From assembly GCA_038213805.1 (NCBI GenBank), contig JBBQSO010000009.1, positions 31,663 to 95,662 on the forward strand: 64,000 nucleotides of DNA, in the 5' to 3' direction. The notes under the pieces are model-generated. The model searched no databases and had not been told where the DNA came from. It saw nothing but the letters and a program-made list of their open reading frames with translations. This stretch comes from Planctomycetota bacterium. Lineage in GTDB: Bacteria > Planctomycetota > UBA11346. Shown one piece after another: positions 58,088 through 64,000 of this stretch. Every line of letters begins with the position of its first letter. The stretch's first letter is position 1. A program made the translations under genes and the position numbers.

Positions 58088-60334
58088 TCACTTCACCCGC
58101 ACATCGAGCTCCGCGATGGCGATCGCCCCGCGTCCGAGGGCCTCGCTCGTCACCACCAGCTGCACGTAGCGCGCGCGGCGCGGCGGGAAGGGGATGGTCT
58201 GCAACACCGGGTTGTTGGCGAGATTGGCGAATTCCGCGGCCGCGGCCGGCGTCCACTCCTGGCCATCGCGGCTGGTGCTGCACGTGTAGGCGCGCGGCCA
58301 CGGACCCGGTGCGTACGGCAGCATGGTCAGCCCGGCGATGTCGAAGGCCTCACCCAGGTCGAGGACGATGCGCGCCGGCAGCGCCGTTATGGGCGCGTCC
58401 TGTGCGGCCGAGCGCCACACCGTCGCGGGATCGTCATCGATGGCGTTGGTCGCCGCGCCATCCGGTTGCTCGCCAGTAGTCGTGAGTACGCGCCAACCCG
58501 CCTTGGCAGGGCCGAATTCCACACGCGCCAGTGGGGGTGCCGCGAGCGCCTGTGGGTCGCCGGCATCGGCGAGCATCGCCTGCACCACGCCCCCGCGCGG
58601 CAACGCGAACGGCCCGGCATAGAGCGCCGCCCCGGCATCCGGCGCGTTGCCGTCGAGGGTGTAGCGGATGGGCGCGCCGGCAGGCTCGACGCTGATCGTG
58701 ATCAGGCCCCCCGGCCCGCGCACGACTCGCGGCGCGGGCGGCCGCGGCGGCGCCAGGTGCAGCGACAGGTGGGCAAGGGTCGGGCAGACGCGTGCCGCGA
58801 GAAAGCGCACGCGCAGCTGCGCGCTCTCCACCGCCGGCACGCGCACCACGCGGCGGAAGCCGATGGTGCCGCGCTCCGCAAGCTGGCGCCACTGGCCATC
58901 TTCCCACACGTCGATGGCGAAGCGTTCAACACGTTGACCGAAGTGCGCCACGTCCTCGCGCAGGTCGATGGTGTCGAAGCGCTGCGCGCGCGGCAGGCTC
59001 ACGACCAGCGCGGCGCTGCGCTGCCAGTCGGCCGGCCGCCAGCACGTGTCCGCGCGCCCGCCCAGCGCGAAGGTCGCAGGATGGTCGGGCAGCTCATGAT
59101 CGGCGACGACCGTCGCGCCCTGTGCAAGATCCACGGCGAAAGTCGCGGCCACCACGCGGCCGAGTTCGCCGAGGCGCTGCACGTCGCCGGGTGCGAGCAG
59201 GCCACCCGGACCGGGCGGAGCGTTAAGCAGCATCACGGCGTTGCCACCGACCGCGCCCATCCAGATGTCGACGAGGCGGTCGAGGGTGCGCAGCCGGCGG
59301 TCCTCGCCCGGATGGAAGAACCAGCCCGGGCGGATCGAGACGTCGACCTCGCCGGGATACCACATGAACGCGCTGGCACCCGCGCAAGCCGCACGACTGC
59401 CGAGATCGGCGCCGCGGCGATCAGCGAAGGCCTCGTCCGGCGTGGTGGGGATGACGCTCCACTCGTCGGGGCGCGTGTCGCCGCGCTCGTTGCCGATCCA
59501 GCGGCAGTCCGGGCCCTTGCCGAAGATCAGCGCCTGCGGCTGGAGCGCGCGCACCAGCCGGTACCAGTCGGCGTACGCGTAAGCCTGGCCGATGTCGCGC
59601 GGATTGGCGCCATCCAGCCAGACCTCATCGACCGGCCCGTATTCCGTGAGCAGTTCGAAGAGCTGGTTCATGAAGTAGGTGTTGTACTCGTCCCACTCGC
59701 CGGTCAGCCGCACTGCGCTCGCCGGGGTCCAGCCAGCGACCGGCGTCGGGATGCTGCGCGGCCGCACCGCCGTCGCGCCGTAGACGCCAAGGCGGATGGC
59801 GTGCAAGTCCGCGGGCGACAAATAGATGCCGAAGGCCAGTCCGGCCGCATGGCAGGCATCGGCGACCTCGCGCACCACGTCGCCCGTGCCCGCCCGCCAC
59901 GGGCTGTGCGCCACCGTGTGCGCGGTGTAGCGGCTCGGCCACAGGCAGAAGCCATCGTGGTGCTTGCAGGTGAGGATGACCTCGCGGCTGCCCGCAGCCG
60001 CGCACGCCGCCACCCACTGCGCCGCATCGAGCGCACTGGGTGCGAAGAGCGCCGGATCCTCGTCACCGGTGCCCCATTCGCGGCCGGTGAAGGTGTTCAT
60101 GCCAAAGTGGATGAATGAGATAAGCCCGCGCTTCTGCCAGGCGAGCTGGCGCGCGTGCGGGCGGATGTGCGCGACGACCCACTCCTGCTCGAGACTAAGG
60201 CCTCCTAGCGGCTGGATGTCTGCGGGCGGAGCTACGAAGGGCGGGGGCGCGGCGGGCACAGGCTCCTCTGCGCTGCCAGACGGCGCCAGCAGGAAGAGGG
60301 TCAGGAACGCTGCAGCGACGGATGGGAGGTTCAT
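58088..60334 (-). CDS. Alpha-L-fucosidase (GH29) with F5/8-type and chitobiase/Fn3-like domains
   Basis: FIHFGMNTF, KHHDGFCLW, EVWLDGA, RWIGNE, DVSIRPGWF, IRYTLDG, NAIDDDPATVW. Confidence 0.92.
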   Translation of the reverse strand: MNLPSVAAAFLTLFLLAPSGSAEEPVPAAPPPFVAPPADIQPLGGLSLEQEWVVAHIRPHARQLAWQKRGLISFIHFGMNTFTGREWGTGDEDPALFAPSALDAAQWVAACAAAGSREVILTCKHHDGFCLWPSRYTAHTVAHSPWRAGTGDVVREVADACHAAGLAFGIYLSPADLHAIRLGVYGATAVRPRSIPTPVAGWTPASAVRLTGEWDEYNTYFMNQLFELLTEYGPVDEVWLDGANPRDIGQAYAYADWYRLVRALQPQALIFGKGPDCRWIGNERGDTRPDEWSVIPTTPDEAFADRRGADLGSRAACAGASAFMWYPGEVDVSIRPGWFFHPGEDRRLRTLDRLVDIWMGAVGGNAVMLLNAPPGPGGLLAPGDVQRLGELGRVVAATFAVDLAQGATVVADHELPDHPATFALGGRADTCWRPADWQRSAALVVSLPRAQRFDTIDLREDVAHFGQRVERFAIDVWEDGQWRQLAERGTIGFRRVVRVPAVESAQLRVRFLAARVCPTLAHLSLHLAPPRPPAPRVVRGPGGLITISVEPAGAPIRYTLDGNAPDAGAALYAGPFALPRGGVVQAMLADAGDPQALAAPPLARVEFGPAKAGWRVLTTTGEQPDGAATNAIDDDPATVWRSAAQDAPITALPARIVLDLGEAFDIAGLTMLPYAPGPWPRAYTCSTSRDGQEWTPAAAAEFANLANNPVLQTIPFPPRRARYVQLVVTSEALGRGAIAIAELDVRVK

Positions 60335-60933
60335 GCGGACAGCCAGTGTAGCGCCCGGCGCGAACGCTCACAAGCACGCGTGGATGGGGTCGGTAAAGCG
60401 CTTCCGGGCAGGCCACCGACGCCGCGACCGGCCGACGCCGTCCATCAGACCGCGCTCGGCAGGGTGAACCGTCTCCTCTCGACCAAAGAGGACTTTTCAT
60501 GCGTGCATGCTCATTCGCCTGCAGATCGGCGGGCCGAAGCGTCTGGAGCGGCGCCGCGCTGCTGCCGCGGGTGGCGTGTCGGACGGAATCGCCGAACTCA
60601 GCACGGCGCAGGCGCAGACGGCCGTCACGCTGGTGCACTGGGGCCGCGTATCTCGCGGCAACTCAAGCGGATGCCATGTCCAGGAAACGTCAGCCATGAC
60701 CGCCATTTCCCGCCCCCGCAAGCCTCGCGCGCTGCGGGCCATGCACTTCGTAATCTCGACGACCTACATGCTGATCCCGCCGATGGAGTTCGGCCGCCGC
60801 TGGTCGCGCAGGTGCCCGAGCGGATGGTCGCGGTCCGCCTCGACACGTTGGTGGTGCTGGAACCATTCACCGCGATAGCGCTGCCGGTAGACTGGTGCTT
60901 CAGAAAATCCCAGGCTCCCTACAGCTACGCGCT

Positions 60934-62709
60934 TCACGGCATGTCGTAGGTAATGGTGAAGTCTCTGACTTCCAGACGCCCGTGACCAGCCCCCGCCGTA
61001 CTGTCCACATGCAGGGCGATGGCCCGCAGCGGCAGTGCCGCGGCCGGCAGACCCATCACGTGTTCGCGTGGCACGCCATCCATTTCGACCGCGAGGAAGC
61101 GCGGCGTCAGATGCATGATCGAGAAGCGCAGGTCGTGCGGCGGCGACACATCGGTATGGAACGTGGTAACGTTGCCATCGGGATCGATGCGCCGCGTCAT
61201 CGTCACGAAAGCGCTGTCGCGGTTCTTCACCACCACCTCGTAGCGCGTCCCGTCGGCGCCGATGATCGCAACGCTCGCGCCGTCGGTCTTGCCACTGACG
61301 CCATTGGCCAGCACGAGCACACCGTCCACCCTCCAGAGGCCGTCGCGCAGCTCATGGCGGATCTCGCCGGAGATCCCGACCAACGACGACGCGTCGGTTT
61401 CGCCGTTGTCCCACGCCGCCTCGCCGACCTTGGTCCACTGCATCCTGACCGCTAGCGACGAGGGCGCGTCCATCGCAGGAGGCCGATCTGTTTTATTGAT
61501 CGGGATTTCCTGGGTGGGTGCCGTCGAACTGGCGGTGGGGCCGGACTTCCCTGAGCGGGCCTGTGGTACCACTCGGGCATTGTCGTCGAGCGGCAGGGCC
61601 GGTGCTGTCGGCACCTGAGCGGGCGTCCCCTTGCGAACATCGAGTGCTGGGTGCGCATCTGGGCTGCGCACCCAGCCGATTCCGGCGACAGCGACGGCGA
61701 GGGCGAAGACGATCATTACGGTCACCAGCCGGCGCCGGTGCGGCCGGGCGGCGTGCAGAATCGACGCGAGCGTGCAGCAGCGCGCGATGATGTCCTGGTA
61801 GCTGGCGGGTCGACGCTCTGGGTCGCGCGCAAGCATGTCCTTTACCAGGTCCACCGTGCCACCTTGCAGACGGCGGTTCACATGCGCCGGGTTGGGTACT
61901 GCTCCGACCACCTTGGCCCGCACCACTTCGGTCAGGGACGCAGTGGCGAATGCCGGCTTGCCCGTCAACATGTGATACATCAGGCAGCCGAGGCCGTAGA
62001 TGTCCGCCTTGAAATCGACCTGGGCGGCGGCGTCGAACTGCTCGGGCGCCATGGTCGCGGGCGTGCCTGCACACATCCCAGTCATGGTCACATGATCCTG
62101 GCTGGTGGACTGCGTCGCCCGCGCCAAGCCCAGATCGACGAGCTTCACCGTGAAGGGGAACTTATCGCGTTGGGACTTCTCGACGCGGTTCAGCAACACG
62201 TTCTCGGCTTTGACGTCGCGGTGGATGATGCCGCACTGCAGGGCGTGGCCTAGGGCAATGGCCAGCGTGCGCACGATCTCGATGGCCAGGGCCTCGGGCA
62301 TCGCCCCATGCTCGTTGAGATAGGCGCGCAGGCTGGGCCCGTCGATGTACTCCATCACCAGGTAGGGCCGGCCGCTGGCGGTGACCCCGGCCTGGTGGCA
62401 CGCTACGATGTTGGGATGGGTCAGTCCCGCGAGGATAGTCGCCTCGCGCTGGAAACGGCTCAGGAAATCGGCTTTACCGGCGTCGGAATCCAGAGCCATG
62501 ACCTTAACAGCGACGGCGCGGCCGATATAAATCTGTCGGCCGTGGAACACCACGCCCATGCCACCCCGGCCGATCTCCGCGCCGAGCTCGAGGTCCGGGA
62601 TCTCCAAGCGTTCATGCTGCAGGTCAGCCAGCCGGTGGCCGTCCGGAAGAAAATCCACCCACAGGCCCTCCGACGGAGGCCCTGCGGGCGTCACTGCGGC
62701 CGGCTCCAC
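60934..62709 (-). CDS. Membrane Ser/Thr protein kinase
   Basis: GRGGMG, VAVK, HRDVKAEN, DLG, GTPATMAPE, TM LVTVMIVFALAVAVAGIGW, beta-rich C-terminal domain. Confidence 0.9.
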   Translation of the reverse strand: MEPAAVTPAGPPSEGLWVDFLPDGHRLADLQHERLEIPDLELGAEIGRGGMGVVFHGRQIYIGRAVAVKVMALDSDAGKADFLSRFQREATILAGLTHPNIVACHQAGVTASGRPYLVMEYIDGPSLRAYLNEHGAMPEALAIEIVRTLAIALGHALQCGIIHRDVKAENVLLNRVEKSQRDKFPFTVKLVDLGLARATQSTSQDHVTMTGMCAGTPATMAPEQFDAAAQVDFKADIYGLGCLMYHMLTGKPAFATASLTEVVRAKVVGAVPNPAHVNRRLQGGTVDLVKDMLARDPERRPASYQDIIARCCTLASILHAARPHRRRLVTVMIVFALAVAVAGIGWVRSPDAHPALDVRKGTPAQVPTAPALPLDDNARVVPQARSGKSGPTASSTAPTQEIPINKTDRPPAMDAPSSLAVRMQWTKVGEAAWDNGETDASSLVGISGEIRHELRDGLWRVDGVLVLANGVSGKTDGASVAIIGADGTRYEVVVKNRDSAFVTMTRRIDPDGNVTTFHTDVSPPHDLRFSIMHLTPRFLAVEMDGVPREHVMGLPAAALPLRAIALHVDSTAGAGHGRLEVRDFTITYDMP

Positions 62710-63099
62710 GTCAGCGCTCCGCTTTACGCATTACGCACCTGATGATGTCCGCACGAGCAGAGCATGCCGATGATGGCGGAGAGGAGGAGGGGCAGGATTA
62801 GGACACGTGAACAGGTCATGGACGCTTTCGCAGGACGACGGTGTCGAGACCTGGGGGGGGTGTGCCGGTCATAGCAATGATACTACGGAATAAGGAGTGG
62901 CGCCCTAGCCCCGGTCGGGAGCGCGGGGCCGCGTTCGGGCGCGATCCCCGACCGCAGGTCACTTCGATCTCAAAAGATGGGTCGCGCGAAAACAAATGCG
63001 CCGCATGGCCCTGCTGCCCTACTTGGGCTCGACTGAGGGCAGAGTACGGATACTTGCCGCGCAGGTCTTCGCGGAGTTCGCTGAGCTTTCCCAGGCTCC

Positions 63100-63859
63100 C
63101 AAAGGGCTATCTCCAACGCTGGCTCGATGAGAATAGCAAGGCAGGGGAGCATCATATCGCCAGAGAGCGGGTGGCCATGGTCGAGGTGGCGATCAAGGAC
63201 AACATCCTCGAGGCTCATGAGTTGGAGGGCATCCGTCATTGTGCAGAACGCCTCCAGATAACCTCTTCCTTTTACTCCAAAGAAACGAACGAAATCCAAC
63301 AGTTTCACGGCATCCTGGGCGGCATCTCAGCTGACGTTGTCATTTCCGAGGGCGAGCAAGAGAACCTTCAGACCTGGATTAACGATCACTACCACCTCAA
63401 GGGTAGCTTCCCGTTAGATGAGATCGAGTCGATGGTCAGCGCGGTCCTTGCCGACGGCATAGTCACACCAGAAGAGCACACCCTGCTCTCTCTCAAGTTT
63501 TCTCGCAATTCCAAAAACTCATGGCCAAGGCCGCCATAAGTGCGATGGAATTGCACATCATTGGTGTGTGTTCAATAAATCTGGCTATTGAGTTCGCCAA
63601 TTAAACCTACTGCTTAACCGGCATGTCGGTCCATGCCAAGCGTAAAGAAATATCGGAAGTGATCGTTGGTCGCGGGGGCCGCTATCATGATGTCGTAACC
63701 AGTGAAACCGACTACCTGGTCATCGGCGCCGACGGAAATCCGTGTTGGGCCTTCGCCTGCTACGGGCGCAAGGTGGAGCACGCTGTGGAGATGCGCAAAA
63801 AGGGCTCGCGGCTCCTACTCATCAATGAGCATGATTTCTGGGAGGCGTGCGTGATTTAA
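63100..63859 (+). pseudogene. Disrupted BRCT-domain protein gene (helical TerB-like repeats + BRCT)
   Basis: GILGGISAD...VLADGIVTPEE in one frame; apparent frameshift at the T run 63498-63501; in-frame TAA at 63602-63604 before TYCLTG...TDYLVIG...YGRKVEHA...EHDFW; 5' boundary uncertain. Confidence 0.7.
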
Positions 63860-64000
63860 CGTATCCGTCCGAAGTAGCCCACTAGCCGAGAATTGATTGG
63901 AGGCATGATGCTGGATCCGAGGACCTGCCATGCCCGCACATCAAATCCCACCGTCATCGACACCATCCGGCCGCGCACGTCGTGGCGAATCCTCGGGCCG

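Noticed and set aside
60380..60949. 189-aa plus-strand ORF between GH29 and the kinase
   Set aside because: The N-terminal part looks non-coding and no family is recognisable; possibly a gene remnant.

Overview
Very GC-rich bacterial chromosome segment, most likely Planctomycetota. The evidence is a DUF1592/DUF1552 cytochrome pair, a TPR + RNA-polymerase-alpha-CTD protein, several large Ser/Thr kinases and HEAT proteins. It holds about 40 CDS, one tRNA-Arg(TCT) and one pseudogene. Recognisable content: uvrB 3' end, an RNase II-family gene, exopolysaccharide export genes, a TonB2/3-like cluster, a ZnuA-like binding protein, PhoH2, lspA, argD, GH13, an RLAN/RimK/GNAT cluster, PilB/GspE, a PBP2-like gene, a RapA-like SNF2 ATPase, GH29, and a broken BRCT gene in a less GC-rich right end. 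Most striking: (1) a 1477-aa single-pass membrane protein fusing an intact MglA-type small GTPase, a Zn ribbon, a pseudokinase and a large extracytoplasmic region; (2) a non-RD LRR receptor kinase overlapping a kinase-FHA gene just after pilB; (3) a tandem pair of secreted alpha/beta-hydrolase-fold + HEAT proteins lacking the nucleophile Ser; (4) intergenic 7-9-bp tandem arrays with different units that share one polarity and often form inverted pairs. All assignments come from motif recognition by eye; no database search was run. Many start codons were re-picked downstream of the ORF-track start.
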